A DNA stretch of 32,624 nucleotides, from assembly GCA_000934665.2 (NCBI GenBank), contig KZ538236.1, positions 62,001 through 94,624 on the forward strand, written 5' to 3'. Both the position numbers and the translations under genes were made by a program. Numbering within the stretch: position 1 is the first letter of the stretch; every line of letters starts with the position of its first letter. Positions 32,531-32,624 of the stretch are shown piece by piece. The stretch comes from Catajapyx aquilonaris. Taxonomy: Eukaryota. The notes under the pieces are model-generated. The model was not told the origin of the DNA. It searched no databases and worked only from the letters and a program-made list of their open reading frames with translations.

Positions 32531-32624
32531 TCACCGGGCGGTGTTGTTGACAGCAGTCTCCCAGGCGACGGTGTATTGGCCATGATGGAGCAGGAACACC
32601 CAGATCTTGCGACTGTTCAGACGG
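32531..32624. other. Probable exon fragment of a neighbouring gene, strand unresolved
   Basis: Abrupt shift to GC-rich coding-like sequence. Minus reads RLNSRKIWVFLLHHGQYTVAWETAVNNTAR*; plus, after TTGTTGACAG, reads SLPGDGVLAMMEQEHPDLATVQT. Neither is recognised. Confidence 0.3.

Overview
Gene-dense eukaryotic genomic DNA with many short (about 40-100 nt) GT-AG introns; the gene content points to an arthropod, probably an insect. Five protein-coding genes were reconstructed by hand with frame-consistent splice sites: (1) a PDZ scaffold of the GRASP/tamalin family (+, 242-1997); (2) a divergent DNA primase large subunit (PRIM2/p58)-like gene (-, 4385-3112); (3) a 16-exon Acinus gene with SAP, RS, RRM and RSB domains (-, 18434-6311); (4) gamma-SNAP (+, 20090-21301), head-to-head with Acinus across a DRE-rich promoter interrupted by a non-autonomous Helitron; (5) a BtbVII-like BTB/POZ gene (-, 29833-22921) whose common exons can splice in phase to three alternative 3' ends: two different Pipsqueak-type HTH domains and a piggyBac-transposase-like cysteine-rich zinc finger. 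Introns and intergenic DNA carry a tRNA-derived SINE family, several tiny MITEs and a foldback element. The most interesting signals are the switchable DNA-binding-domain array of the BTB gene, the divergent primase paralogue, and the duplicated DRE/CDE-CHR promoter module. All family assignments come from recalled motifs; no database search was run.
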